Shown: positions 1 to 8,940, counted from the first letter of the stretch. The stretch is DNA of 32,000 bases from Cylindrospermopsis raciborskii Cr2010 (GCF_003367075.2 NZ_CP065936.1:2010001-2042000), one strand, 5' to 3'. A program made the numbers and translations. Notes: a model not told the origin generated them from the sequence alone.

Positions 1-1520
1 TGAAGGTGGGGACCCGTGGAGTTGCCTGTACTACCCACACGACCGATGATCATTCCTGGCTCTACCCATTGTCCAGGACGCACTAAAATTTCTGACATGT
101 GACCGTAAAGGGTTTGTTGTCTCTGGTCATGATTAATGGTTACTGCTAAACCATAACCACCCATCCAATCAGCCATCTCTACTTGTCCCTTCTCTGCTGC
201 TAAAATTGGTGTTCCTGTGGGTGCAGCAATGTCCATCCCAGCATGGAAACGGCGATCGCCCGTGATAGGATGTGTTCTCCAACCAAATAGGGAGGTAATA
301 GGCGCTGCAAATGATAATGGGTATGTAATACCAGAGACACTACCGGAATTAGTACCATTATCAGCAAAGGAACTAATATAAGGGACTTGTGGTAAAACCG
401 ATGCTAGGTCAAAATCATAAGCAACCTTACTGGGACGGGGTGCCACCTTTCCTTCTATCATTGGTGGTGGTAGGGTGCCAAAACTGGGAGTAATTGGGGT
501 CACCGTTGTGTTAGAGGAAAATTCTCTGGGGTCGCGAGGTCGATTATAGCTAGTCTTTGTGGAAATTCTTCCCATATAACCCCCCGCGCTGGTATGACGA
601 CTACTGGAATTGGATCCTAGACTGTGCCAATTTTGGGAATTATTCACAGTAGCAGCTAAGGAATTGACAACCTCCTCAGACTTCTGACCTTGGGGCCTGG
701 GACTGCTATTATTAGTGCTTAGTGCATTTTCATTGGGTACTGTTTTAAGCGGGCTTTTACCTAAATTCACAGCTGCACTTTTCTTTAGCCAAGTAGGTGC
801 TGACTTTTGGGTAGAGTTTGCTACGGATGGATTAGTGGGATTTTTGCCACCACAAGTGCCAACAGATTTCCCTGGCTGGGAGATTACCGCTTTACAATCT
901 TGAGTTCTTCCTGTAACTTCCACGGAACTAGGTGCATCATATTTAACGGTACTATTTCCGTTATATTCCGTGGGATCAATTTGAGTGCTATTATAATCCT
1001 TACCTGTATTCCCGTTGTCACTATTATTGGGTTGACTAGTCACTGGAATTACTAGTGTGGATGTTTCTGGGATGGGTTGAGTACTAGTAGGCAATGTTTC
1101 AGGTTGGGACTTTAGGACCGGAAGTGCGGGAACTTTCAAGATTACTGAAGTTGGAGAACTTTCTGACCTAGATTCAGAATTCCCCTCTGTTGCAACACTT
1201 TCAAGATTTGAGTTAACTTCTGAATTCTTCCCCTGGGTTTGCACACCAGTTTTCAATTCCGTCACCTTGGATTCCACGGGTAGGGATACCTGACCATTTT
1301 GCCCCTTGTCTCCCAATGTAGTTGGTTGAGAAACTTCCACTGTAGAGACAATATTATCTACTGGCAATTCGGTTTGGGCAAATACAAAACCCCCACTTAG
1401 TAGGCTAATACTGCTCAACCAGGATAAAGTTTGAGCAGGTACTGTAGAAGCAAAGCGTTTAGCTGTTAAGTCTTGATTATACTGTCTTTGCTTTTTAGTA
1501 GATTTATGGGAATAGGGCAT
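1..1520 (-). CDS. M23 family metallopeptidase (LytM-like), partial; the C-terminal end runs off the left edge
   Basis: My minus-strand translation starts at ATG 1520 (MPYSHKSTKKQRQ...) and includes a hydrophobic signal/anchor. It ends with FGWRTHPITGDRRFHAGMDIAAPTGTPILAA...GGYGLAVTINH...GRVGSTGNSTGPHLH, the classic M23 motifs. The frame stays open to position 1. It is absent from the ORF track because no stop lies in the window. Confidence 0.85.
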   Translation of the reverse strand, partial: MPYSHKSTKKQRQYNQDLTAKRFASTVPAQTLSWLSSISLLSGGFVFAQTELPVDNIVSTVEVSQPTTLGDKGQNGQVSLPVESKVTELKTGVQTQGKNSEVNSNLESVATEGNSESRSESSPTSVILKVPALPVLKSQPETLPTSTQPIPETSTLVIPVTSQPNNSDNGNTGKDYNSTQIDPTEYNGNSTVKYDAPSSVEVTGRTQDCKAVISQPGKSVGTCGGKNPTNPSVANSTQKSAPTWLKKSAAVNLGKSPLKTVPNENALSTNNSSPRPQGQKSEEVVNSLAATVNNSQNWHSLGSNSSSRHTSAGGYMGRISTKTSYNRPRDPREFSSNTTVTPITPSFGTLPPPMIEGKVAPRPSKVAYDFDLASVLPQVPYISSFADNGTNSGSVSGITYPLSFAAPITSLFGWRTHPITGDRRFHAGMDIAAPTGTPILAAEKGQVEMADWMGGYGLAVTINHDQRQQTLYGHMSEILVRPGQWVEPGMIIGRVGSTGNSTGPHL

Positions 1521-1572
1521 TTTTTCCTTATTTGTGGGTAAGTTTAAAATAGTATGGACAGATTAAAAACAA

Positions 1573-2529
1573 CTAAACAGAGAATTGAGTGTAACCCAAA
1601 CTGATTGTACCTGGTTCAAGAGAAATTTCTCCTTGGATGAGTTCCTCTCTATTACCGGATGTTTGTAGGCGCAAATGACCTTGGGGTGTAACCCCGACCA
1701 CGGTAGCTAAAACACTAGTTTCAACTAAATTATCCTCATTTTTACCTGAAAATGGGATATTGACACATACTTGATCACCCAAATTGATAAGTAAATCCAG
1801 ATAACGGGACAAAACAATGCTTATTCCTTCGTCTTGTAAACAATCCAGACCGGACTGTATTCCCAGTAAAACCTGAGCAGCAAGCATTTCCAGTCCAGAA
1901 ATTGGCCACAAATTCTCGTTTTGCCAAGAATGTAGGTTAATACCTGTTTCTGGCACGGGATTTTTCCAGTTGACACCTACGCCAATGACCACCTGGGTAA
2001 TTTGTCCTTGTTTAACTTTAGTTTCTGTTAAAATGCCTCCCAGTTTACGACGATTTAATACTAAATCATTTGGCCACTTTATTCTTGCTTCCACGCCACA
2101 ATTTTTTAACTGGGATGCAATTCCCCAAGCACTGGCTAAAGTTAGTTGATACCCATTGGCAACTTCCAGTTGTAAAGGTATGCCCAGGGAAATATATAAT
2201 CCGCCTTGGGGAGATAGCCATTGTCTTCCCCACTGTCCCTTTCCCGCAGTTTGCTGTTGGGCAATCACTACACATCCCCGTTTTTCCCCTTGACTCAACA
2301 ATTGCCACGCCATTTGATTTGTTGATGGTAAACTTTCAAAAACGTGCACAGAACTGAATAAATGTAGCTGTTGGTGTTCTGACTCTAAGTGACGTTTCCA
2401 GTAGTGTTTCAAAAGTTGTTGATTAAATTCCACTTTAACTTTCCTAAATGGCAATTTTCTACCACTTGCCATAACGCTGACATTTCCGGTATAGCAGAAA
2501 GCTTTGCCAACAGCAAAGAGTTTTGCCAC
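1573..2529 (-). CDS. birA: biotin--[acetyl-CoA-carboxylase] ligase
   Basis: 318-aa ORF with the [20 protein letters not shown] motif (GRGRxGRxW type) and KWPNDL. The start is uncertain; an alternative Met lies at 2472. Confidence 0.85.
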   Translation of the reverse strand: MAKLFAVGKAFCYTGNVSVMASGRKLPFRKVKVEFNQQLLKHYWKRHLESEHQQLHLFSSVHVFESLPSTNQMAWQLLSQGEKRGCVVIAQQQTAGKGQWGRQWLSPQGGLYISLGIPLQLEVANGYQLTLASAWGIASQLKNCGVEARIKWPNDLVLNRRKLGGILTETKVKQGQITQVVIGVGVNWKNPVPETGINLHSWQNENLWPISGLEMLAAQVLLGIQSGLDCLQDEGISIVLSRYLDLLINLGDQVCVNIPFSGKNEDNLVETSVLATVVGVTPQGHLRLQTSGNREELIQGEISLEPGTISLGYTQFSV

Positions 2530-2580
2530 CGAATTTCTGATAAAATAAGAAAGTGTGGTTTGTTTTTAAAAAGTAGAACT

Positions 2581-2667
2581 ATGATTTTGACACTAGGTTG
2601 GGTATCGCTAATGGTCGTCTTTACATGGTCCATTGCCATGGTCGTTTGGGGACGTAACGGACTGTAG
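2581..2667 (+). CDS. petN: cytochrome b6-f complex subunit PetN
   Basis: 28-aa translation [28 protein letters not shown] closely matches remembered cyanobacterial PetN (..WxxLxVVFTxSxxxVVWGRxGL). Too short for the ORF track. Confidence 0.9.
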   Translation: MILTLGWVSLMVVFTWSIAMVVWGRNGL

Positions 2668-2674
2668 GGTAACT

Positions 2675-2836
2675 GTGGAGAGTTCATTACTGAATATTTT
2701 AGCTGTAGTTGCCCTAATGTTACTAGTAGGGGTTACAGGCGGTGTAGTTTATTTAACCTTAGCTGATTGGCGCGATCGCCGTCGTCGAGAGGAAGAAAAC
2801 CGAGAAATGAACCGCAGTACAGCCAAACGACGTTGA
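2675..2836 (+). CDS. small hypothetical membrane protein with one TM helix and an Arg/Glu-rich tail
   Basis: In-frame GTG at 2675 within track ORF 2633-2836. The product has one hydrophobic helix (LLNILAVVALMLLVGVTGGVVYL) and then a charged tail. The track start at 2633 would overlap petN. No family recognised. Confidence 0.35.
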   Translation: MESSLLNILAVVALMLLVGVTGGVVYLTLADWRDRRRREEENREMNRSTAKRR

Positions 2837-2902
2837 TTACTAGATAGGCTTTCTTGGCTACAGCTACATCCGACAGGGTTGAAAACGGTTACAGTTTAAA
2901 GC

Positions 2903-2933
2903 TATAAGACCTTTACATGATAAAGGTCTTATA
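2903..2933. other. 13-bp perfect inverted repeat (TATAAGACCTTTA-catga-TAAAGGTCTTATA)
   Basis: Read directly. It lies between the convergent ends of the small + ORF and mazF. No clear U-tract follows, so a terminator role is uncertain. Confidence 0.3.
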
Positions 2934-3086
2934 AATGTTGAAAAATGTGGGTATATGGGCAATAAATTGAGAGCTATTCAGTACCCGAGTATTTTCATAG
3001 CTGCATTGTGACCGGGGATTCCACAACAATAGAAATACCGTTTTATTACAAATGGAGCATAACTTTTGCTGACTCATCTGACTGAA

Positions 3087-3443
3087 TTAACTACTATTTT
3101 CTCCTGGTAAATCCAAAGCAATTAATAAAGCCTGGGCCAGATGGGCCATAACCACCTCAGAAAGCACACCACGTAATCGCAAAAAGCGCGTTTTCGATAA
3201 AACCCGCACCTGATCTGCCATTGCGACCGAATCTTTCCTGAGACCACCATCTGGTGCTAAAATCAAAACTTGGGTGGGATAAACCCGCTTGCCCGTTTGA
3301 TAGGTAGTACATGGTACTGCTAAAACAACCGGACTAGATAGATTAATCACGTCACGACTCACAATAATTACTGGACGGGTTCCTCCCTGTTCAGAACCTT
3401 CAGTCATTTCAAGACGCGCATCATAAACTTCACCCCTTCTCAT
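3087..3443 (-). CDS. mazF: type II toxin, MazF/PemK family endoribonuclease
   Basis: From Met12 of the track ORF: RRGEVYDARL..GSEQGGTRPVIIVSRDVIN..VVLAVPCTT...GLRKDSVAMADQVRVLSKTRF fits the PemK/MazF pattern. The start overlaps the upstream antitoxin stop by 4 nt. Confidence 0.8.
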   Translation of the reverse strand: MRRGEVYDARLEMTEGSEQGGTRPVIIVSRDVINLSSPVVLAVPCTTYQTGKRVYPTQVLILAPDGGLRKDSVAMADQVRVLSKTRFLRLRGVLSEVVMAHLAQALLIALDLPGENSS

Positions 3444-3715
3444 CGTGGAGATTCCCCTAGCCGCAACGCTTCCCATTGCGCCGTAGCAAATTCCACCTCC
3501 ATCCTTAAAACTTCCGTTTGATAATCTGGGTCTCTAGTCATTTCCGCTAAAGCGGCATCAATTTCAGCTCGTTTTTGTGCTGCTAGTTCTCTTTTCAGAG
3601 CTCGCACCACAAAGTCATTGCGATTTTTAGCTTTGCCTTCTAACACTGCTTTATCAGTTGCTTCTAGCAATTCTTTCGGTATGGTTAACGTTGTGCGAAT
3701 AGTTTCTACTTTCAT
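3440..3715 (-). CDS. type II antitoxin, ribbon-helix-helix (CopG/MetJ-like)
   Basis: MKVETIRTTLTIPKELLEATDKAV...RNDFVVRALKREL is a typical RHH N-terminus. It sits directly upstream of mazF with an ATGA-type overlap. The internal Met at 3715 is preferred over the track start at 3772. Confidence 0.7.
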   Translation of the reverse strand: MKVETIRTTLTIPKELLEATDKAVLEGKAKNRNDFVVRALKRELAAQKRAEIDAALAEMTRDPDYQTEVLRMEVEFATAQWEALRLGESPR

Positions 3716-3849
3716 GGCGCGTTCAATCTGTGATGTCTGAAGTGATGCCTTATATGATATCGTTTTCAGCATACATTAAGAAACAAAAGATTTCAGATTT
3801 TAGATTAGGAGACTAACCAATAACCATTACAAGATCTGTCATCGGTCAA

Positions 3850-4409
3850 CCGTCAACGCCAAATACAACACAACCACTGGTGATATCGTAGTTGGTGATG
3901 ATGAATGGGGACATTTACAACTGGATGCCACATCCATATATTTATTGATTCTGGCACAGATGACTGCATCTGGTCTGTCAATTATTTTCACTTTGGATGA
4001 AGTTAACTTTGTTCAAAATCTAGTTTACTATGTGGGTAGGGCCTATCGCACTCCTAATTATGGTATCTGGGAACGGGGCAATAAAATTAATCATGGTAAT
4101 GCAGAATTAAATGCCAGCTCTTTAGGAATGGCTAAAGCTGCACTAGAGGCTATAAATGGGCTGAACTTGTTTGGTGTTTATGGCAGTCAAGCATCGGTTA
4201 TTCACGTTCTACCAGATGAAATTGCTAGGGGGAGAATTACTTTAGAGTCTTTATTGCCAAGAGAATCTGCTTCTAAAGAGGTAGATGCCGCATTGTTAAG
4301 TATAATCAGCTATCCTGCTTTTGCTGTGGAAGATCCAGGTCTGCGCGATCGCACTTTTCAAAAGATTATTAACGAATTAGCTGGCAACTACGTTTGCAAG
4401 CGTTTTTTG
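3850..4409 (+). pseudogene. internal fragment of a glycoside hydrolase 15 / phosphorylase-kinase alpha-beta-like gene, truncated at both ends
   Basis: The translation NAKYNTTTGDIVVGDDEWGHLQLDATSIYLLILAQMTASGLSIIFTLDEVNFVQNLVYYV...WERGNK..ELNASSLGMAKAALEAINGLNLFG...VIHVLPDE...LLSIISYPAFAVED...CKRFL matches the remembered GH15-like domain of phosphorylase kinase alpha/beta homologues. The roughly 90 N-terminal residues and everything after the RFL motif are missing. There is no ATG at the fragment start. Confidence 0.7.
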
Positions 4410-4453
4410 TGTGAAACCCAACGCCCGCATGGGTCTCTTCCCTCGATCCATTC

Positions 4454-4469
4454 TATAATAAACAAGGAG
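4454..4469 (+). promoter_or_regulatory. candidate -10 box (TATAAT, 4454-4459) and Shine-Dalgarno (AAGGAG, 4464-4469) for the CDF gene
   Basis: Read directly. They lie just upstream of the in-frame GTG at 4482. They are too close together for both to serve the same transcript in the canonical way, so at most one assignment is right. Confidence 0.3.
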
Positions 4470-4481
4470 TGTCAAAAACCT

Positions 4482-5411
4482 GTGCATATTCATACTTTGG
4501 AAGAATGGCAACATTCCCACGATTTTTCTGGTAACCAGCATCAAGCTGAGAAAAGTACCAAAATTGTTATGGTGCTAACCGCATTAACTATGATAGCGGA
4601 AATTGCAGCAGGGACCATTTTTGGTTCCATGGCCTTACTAGCTGATGGTTGGCACATGGCTACCCACGTTGCAGCTTTTGGTATTACTGTCTTTGCCTAT
4701 CAATACGCACGCAATAACGCCAACAATCCTAAATATACTTTTGGCACTGGTAAGGTTAGCGTCCTAGCTGGATTTACTAGTGCTGTAGTCTTGGGAATTA
4801 TTGCCCTTTTCATGGGGATTGAATCGCTGCAGCGATTTTTTACACCCACGGGAATTCAGTTCAATGAGGCTATAACAATAGCTGTTATTGGCCTATTTGT
4901 CAATATAGTCAGCGCCTTTTTATTGCAAGATCACCATGAACATGATCACGAACATCAGCAGGATCATAATTTACGTGCTGCCTATTTTCACGTTTTAGCT
5001 GATGCTTTGACCTCTATATTTGCTATTATTGCCTTATTTGCTGGTAAATTTTTAGGTTGGGTATGGATGGATGCAGCAATGGGACTGGTGGGTGCAGGAG
5101 TAATTAGTCAATGGTCTTACGGTTTGCTACAAGATACCGGTTTGATTTTATTGGATGGGTCTGGTGATAAACAAATAAGGTTGGCCATTGTCAACGCCAT
5201 TGAGGAAAATTCGGACAATCGTGTGACGGATATACATATTTGGTATGTTGGACAGCATCATTTAGCAGCTATGATTTCCCTAGTTACCCATGATCCAAAA
5301 ACGCCAGAATACTATAAAATGTTACTTAGAGATATTCCTACTATTTCTCATGTTTCTATAGAGGTAAATCCTTGTTATGGTGAGTCTTGTCAAGAAACTA
5401 GAACTTGCTGA
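4482..5411 (+). CDS. cation diffusion facilitator family metal efflux transporter (DmeF/CzcD-like)
   Basis: From GTG 4482: VHIHTLEEWQHSHDF...MIAEIAAGTIFGSMALLADGWHMATH...FGTGKVSVLAGF, then a His-rich loop (DHHEHDHEHQQDH) and HVLADALTS. These are CDF signatures, and the N-terminus resembles DmeF-type proteins. The track ORF (3945-5411) fuses it to the GH15 relic. Confidence 0.8.
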   Translation: MHIHTLEEWQHSHDFSGNQHQAEKSTKIVMVLTALTMIAEIAAGTIFGSMALLADGWHMATHVAAFGITVFAYQYARNNANNPKYTFGTGKVSVLAGFTSAVVLGIIALFMGIESLQRFFTPTGIQFNEAITIAVIGLFVNIVSAFLLQDHHEHDHEHQQDHNLRAAYFHVLADALTSIFAIIALFAGKFLGWVWMDAAMGLVGAGVISQWSYGLLQDTGLILLDGSGDKQIRLAIVNAIEENSDNRVTDIHIWYVGQHHLAAMISLVTHDPKTPEYYKMLLRDIPTISHVSIEVNPCYGESCQETRTC

Positions 5412-5420
5412 GGTCAATTA

Positions 5421-6047
5421 ATGGTTATTTACAGTGATAGTCCTAATAATCGAGCGATCGCAATTCCTAGGAATGATGTTGAAATCCCCCTAACTCCAGA
5501 TGAGTACAGAAGGATGGAGGAAACTGAGCAAGAACGTCATGAGTACGCAGATGGAAGGATAATTATTATGCCAGGAGGTTCGGAAGTTCATAGTCGTATT
5601 ACTGTAGATATAACTACCTTTTTGAACCTTGCTCTTAGAGATAGCAGTTTTGAGACTTATAATAGCGATTTAAGAATCTGGATCCCCAGCTTAAATCATG
5701 GAACCTACGCTGATATATTTGTAATTGGTGGTAGTCCGGAATTCAATCATAATCGCACGGATGAAGTTCTCAACCCCCTATTAATTATCGAGGTTCTGTC
5801 TCCTTCCACAGAAAAGTATGACAGGGGAGACAAATTTAGAAAATATCGCTCCCTTCCCAGTTTTATCGAATACGTACTAGTTGCTCAGGATGAACTATAC
5901 GTTGAACAATACTCTAAACAACATGGGGAAAAAAACAATGTTTGGCAACTGGAAATTTATGACCAAATTGAGCAATCAGTTATCTTCCACAGTATAAACG
6001 TGGAAATTCCCATGAAAGAAATCTATCGCCGGACAAAATTTTCATAA
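5421..6047 (+). CDS. Uma2 family (DUF820) restriction-endonuclease-fold protein
   Basis: 208 aa. Contains EYADGRIIIMPGGSEVHSRI...PLLIIEVLSPSTEKYDRGDKFRKYRSLPSFIEYVLV, the typical Uma2 PD-(D/E)xK-like core that is expanded in cyanobacteria. It starts 9 nt after the CDF stop. Confidence 0.8.
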   Translation: MVIYSDSPNNRAIAIPRNDVEIPLTPDEYRRMEETEQERHEYADGRIIIMPGGSEVHSRITVDITTFLNLALRDSSFETYNSDLRIWIPSLNHGTYADIFVIGGSPEFNHNRTDEVLNPLLIIEVLSPSTEKYDRGDKFRKYRSLPSFIEYVLVAQDELYVEQYSKQHGEKNNVWQLEIYDQIEQSVIFHSINVEIPMKEIYRRTKFS

Positions 6048-6062
6048 ATCATGAACAACAAG

Positions 6063-7001
6063 TCACAACTTGGTCATGGTGTGAGCAATCTCAGCGGAGA
6101 TAAAAGGCAGAATTTCCCGATTTTTAGCGTTTTCCTTCCCTTCTGTAAAAACTACCAAAAGATAAGGATGGTAATTGGGTAACTCAATATAGGCAGCATC
6201 ATGGCGTACAGAAGAAGTCCAACCCGCTTTTGACCAGATTTGGCTATTTTGAGGCAAGCCACTTCCTAAGAAACCTGTAACTTGATCTTCTTCTAAATCT
6301 TTTAGTAATTCATCAGTACTAAATTCTCGCTTGAGTAGGGTCAGCATTTGCTGAGAACGCTGACTAGAAACCGCCACACCACCCACAATACTATGTAACA
6401 ACTGACCAGTAGCATTAGTGGTTAACATATTTCTATTTTCAAACATTTCCCCGTAAAAAGCTCTTTCTCTCCCATAGGGACCATCACCCCAGGTTTTTTG
6501 ACAAACGTTAATACTCATCATTTCTTGCCACCCCAGGGACTGATAATAACGGTTAATAATTTGTCTTTGATACTTCCAAGTAGCAAAAGGCTCAGTGGGC
6601 AATTCTGGACCAGAGGTGGTTCCGGTAAGAATGTCAACTATCAAGCTAGTAGCATCATTACTAGAATCCACAATCATATCATTGAGAGCTCTTTCCAACT
6701 CCTTAGAGGTGGTGGTCATTCCCCGTTCCAACCACTCATGGGCTGCCACCATGTAGAACAATTTTACTATACTAGCGGGATAGACCCGCTCTCCACCACG
6801 ATAACTAAAACCTCGGACTGGATGATGCCAAAAAGCATCGGGGGTCAAAGCGCCACCCGTGTTGACAATAACAGGAGGGTCGTAAACAACCCAGGTTAAA
6901 GCTATTTGGTCATCAGACAATTGAGGGAATTTCGACCTGGTAGCTGTTAGAACTTGATTGCCCAAATTGTTCAGGAATTCATCTTCACGAAAAAAAGACA
7001 T
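6063..7001 (-). CDS. serine hydrolase, class A beta-lactamase-related
   Basis: 312 aa with an SxxK motif (SIVKLF) in a beta-lactamase-like context, plus a later KAGWT (KxG-type) motif. Confidence 0.65.
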   Translation of the reverse strand: MSFFREDEFLNNLGNQVLTATRSKFPQLSDDQIALTWVVYDPPVIVNTGGALTPDAFWHHPVRGFSYRGGERVYPASIVKLFYMVAAHEWLERGMTTTSKELERALNDMIVDSSNDATSLIVDILTGTTSGPELPTEPFATWKYQRQIINRYYQSLGWQEMMSINVCQKTWGDGPYGRERAFYGEMFENRNMLTTNATGQLLHSIVGGVAVSSQRSQQMLTLLKREFSTDELLKDLEEDQVTGFLGSGLPQNSQIWSKAGWTSSVRHDAAYIELPNYHPYLLVVFTEGKENAKNREILPFISAEIAHTMTKL

Positions 7002-7127
7002 TGTTAATGGGTTTGCGATAATAGGTTTTTATTGGTCCTGTGCTGACAGACAGAAACCGGATTATGGCTGACAATTATAGAATTATTGGCTAGTTCTACA
7101 AATACAATTATCTAGCAAGAAAAGGTT

Positions 7128-7667
7128 ATGAAGTTCACATCAGTCAAGTTTTGCCTAGCTTTTCTGTGGTTGACCCTGGGAGTTGATTTAGGGGGTTTGG
7201 AGTTGAATAATAGAGTTGTGGCACAATTACCTCCAGAACCTCCAGAAATTTTTCCCTTACCTAACAACCAATCAATTCCCGTCTTAAAATCAGAGTTCGG
7301 AGTGAGAATAGTTGATGGTCAGGGTAAGGTTAATTTTTTCCCTACAACCAGGATACCACTAAAGAGGGGTGATGTTTATGGTTGGCGAATTACCCTGGAA
7401 AATTATCGAGGTCAAGTAAAATGGCGGGAGGTATTGCGTTTACCAAAAGCTCCAGAAACATGGATTACACAGGATAAAAAACATAACTTCTCCCTGGGAG
7501 CAGATGGTACCACAGCAATTACAAGGCGCACCCAAATGGCGAAAGATGGTGTGATTGAAAACTACTGGCAAATATCTCCTGGCGATCCTCTTGGTCAACA
7601 CAAGATAGAAGTTTATGTTGACGACAGTCTGATTACCACCTTTGAATTTGAAACAGTACAATTCTAA
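7128..7667 (+). CDS. hypothetical secreted protein
   Basis: 179-aa ORF with an N-terminal hydrophobic signal-like segment (MKFTSVKFCLAFLWLTLGV). No family recognised. Confidence 0.5.
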   Translation: MKFTSVKFCLAFLWLTLGVDLGGLELNNRVVAQLPPEPPEIFPLPNNQSIPVLKSEFGVRIVDGQGKVNFFPTTRIPLKRGDVYGWRITLENYRGQVKWREVLRLPKAPETWITQDKKHNFSLGADGTTAITRRTQMAKDGVIENYWQISPGDPLGQHKIEVYVDDSLITTFEFETVQF

Positions 7668-7692
7668 CATTGAGCCATCTCCCGGGCCACGT

Positions 7693-8766
7693 TTATTCCT
7701 CTTCTTCCATTTCCTCCTCTACTTCCTCTTCAGTGGACTTAGCCACAGAATTGGCGGAAACTACCGCCCCCTGATCTAGTTTAGCACGTACCTGCTCTTT
7801 AATTTTTTCGGCAAAATCAGATTTCTCTTCCAAGTATTTGATGGCATTATCTCTACCCTGGGAAATATTCTCTCCGTTATGACTATACCATGCACCTTTT
7901 CTAATTAGCACACCTGTTTCTTCTGCTAGGTCTACCAAGCAACCCAGGGTTGAAATCCCCTTACCAAAGATAATGTCAAATTCAGCTATTCTAAAGGGTG
8001 GTGCAACTTTATTTTTTGCTACCTTAACCTTAACCCGATTACCAAATTCATCGGAACCTTTTTTCAGTGTTTGAATTCGGCGGATATCTAACCTTACAGA
8101 AGCATAAAATTTCAGGGCGTTACCACCTGTGGTAGTTTCCGGACTACCATAGGTAACTCCTATTTTTTGGCGTAATTGGTTAATAAAAATAACTGTGCAA
8201 CCGGATTTACCAATATTACCAGTAATTTTACGTAGAGCCTGACTCATCAATCGAGCTTGTAAACCCACGTGGGCATCACCCATATCCCCTTCTATTTCAG
8301 CGCGAGGTACTAGGGCAGCTACAGAGTCAATTACTACTATATCAACTGCGGCGGAGCGTACTAACTGATCAACTATTTCCAAACCAGCTTCACCAGTATC
8401 TGGTTGGGAAACCAGCAGGTTTTCAATATCCACACCCAATGCACCTGCATAGGTAGGATCCAGAGCGTGTTCTGCATCCACGAAAGCTGCTATACCCCCA
8501 TTTCTTTGCACTTCCGCAATTGCGTGGAGGGCCACAGTGGTTTTACCGGAACTTTCTGGTCCATAGATTTCTATGACTCTCCCTTTGGGTAAACCACCAC
8601 CCAAAGCCAAATCTAGGGTTAGTGCCCCGGTAGAAATGGTTTCCACTCGCATTCGGGTAGCATCACCCAAACGCATAATTGCTCCTTTACCAAAACTGCG
8701 CTCAATTTGGTTTAGCACCATACTCAGTGCTTTTTGTTTGCCAGTATCCGCTGTGTTAGTTGCCAT
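7693..8766 (-). CDS. recA: recombinase RecA
   Basis: 357 aa with Walker A (GPESSGKTT), ALDP, FINQLR and an acidic C-terminal tail. Unmistakable RecA. Confidence 0.97.
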   Translation of the reverse strand: MATNTADTGKQKALSMVLNQIERSFGKGAIMRLGDATRMRVETISTGALTLDLALGGGLPKGRVIEIYGPESSGKTTVALHAIAEVQRNGGIAAFVDAEHALDPTYAGALGVDIENLLVSQPDTGEAGLEIVDQLVRSAAVDIVVIDSVAALVPRAEIEGDMGDAHVGLQARLMSQALRKITGNIGKSGCTVIFINQLRQKIGVTYGSPETTTGGNALKFYASVRLDIRRIQTLKKGSDEFGNRVKVKVAKNKVAPPFRIAEFDIIFGKGISTLGCLVDLAEETGVLIRKGAWYSHNGENISQGRDNAIKYLEEKSDFAEKIKEQVRAKLDQGAVVSANSVAKSTEEEVEEEMEEEE

Positions 8767-8827
8767 TAGAGTCTCTAAATATAGGATTTAACAAAGATGC
8801 GTTAAGGTAGCTTTGTTTTTTTTGATC

Positions 8828-8841
8828 AGAACAATTATACT
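8828..8841 (-). promoter_or_regulatory. candidate LexA box overlapping a TATAAT -10 element upstream of recA
   Basis: The minus strand reads AGTATAATTGTTCT. That is one mismatch from the remembered cyanobacterial LexA consensus RGTACNNNDGTWCB. It lies 62-75 nt upstream of the recA ATG and contains TATAAT. Confidence 0.45.
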
Positions 8842-8940
8842 ATTCTAACCAGAAAAGGTGCGATTAGTAATTTTTGACAAAAAACCTTGAGAAGATTTTA
8901 GCGCTATCTGAACATGGTGGCAATGTTGGCACTTTCACCT

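Noticed and set aside
715-1055. Plus-strand ORFs 715-903 and 807-1055
   Set aside because: They are antisense to the M23 peptidase gene, whose minus-strand frame is open across the whole 1-1520 interval.
2066-2357. ORFs 2066-2308 (-), 2070-2357 (+), 2389-2667 (+) and 2409-2687 (-) overlapping birA and petN
   Set aside because: They are alternative-frame or antisense ORFs inside or against well-supported genes, with no recognisable motifs.
3945-5411. The 488-aa track ORF taken at face value as one bona fide protein
   Set aside because: The first ~155 residues are an internal piece of a GH15-like fold that cannot be a complete domain. The CDF homology begins at an in-frame GTG (4482) with its own SD-like sequence. 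It was split into a relic and a transporter, although fusion translation is not excluded (see findings).
6498-6899. Antisense or alternative-frame ORFs inside real genes: 6498-6899, 7440-7670, 8404-8592, 8573-8791, 9095-9481, 9668-9910, 10311-10538, 13239-13628, 14343-14630, 16462-16704, 16725-16931, 17635-17829, 20318-20515, 23276-23500, 23382-23756, 23749-23967, 26716-27141, 26860-27099, 27483-27689
   Set aside because: Each lies within or opposite a longer ORF that has clear family motifs. Their translations are low-complexity or Ser/Leu/Arg-rich, which is typical of off-frame reading.
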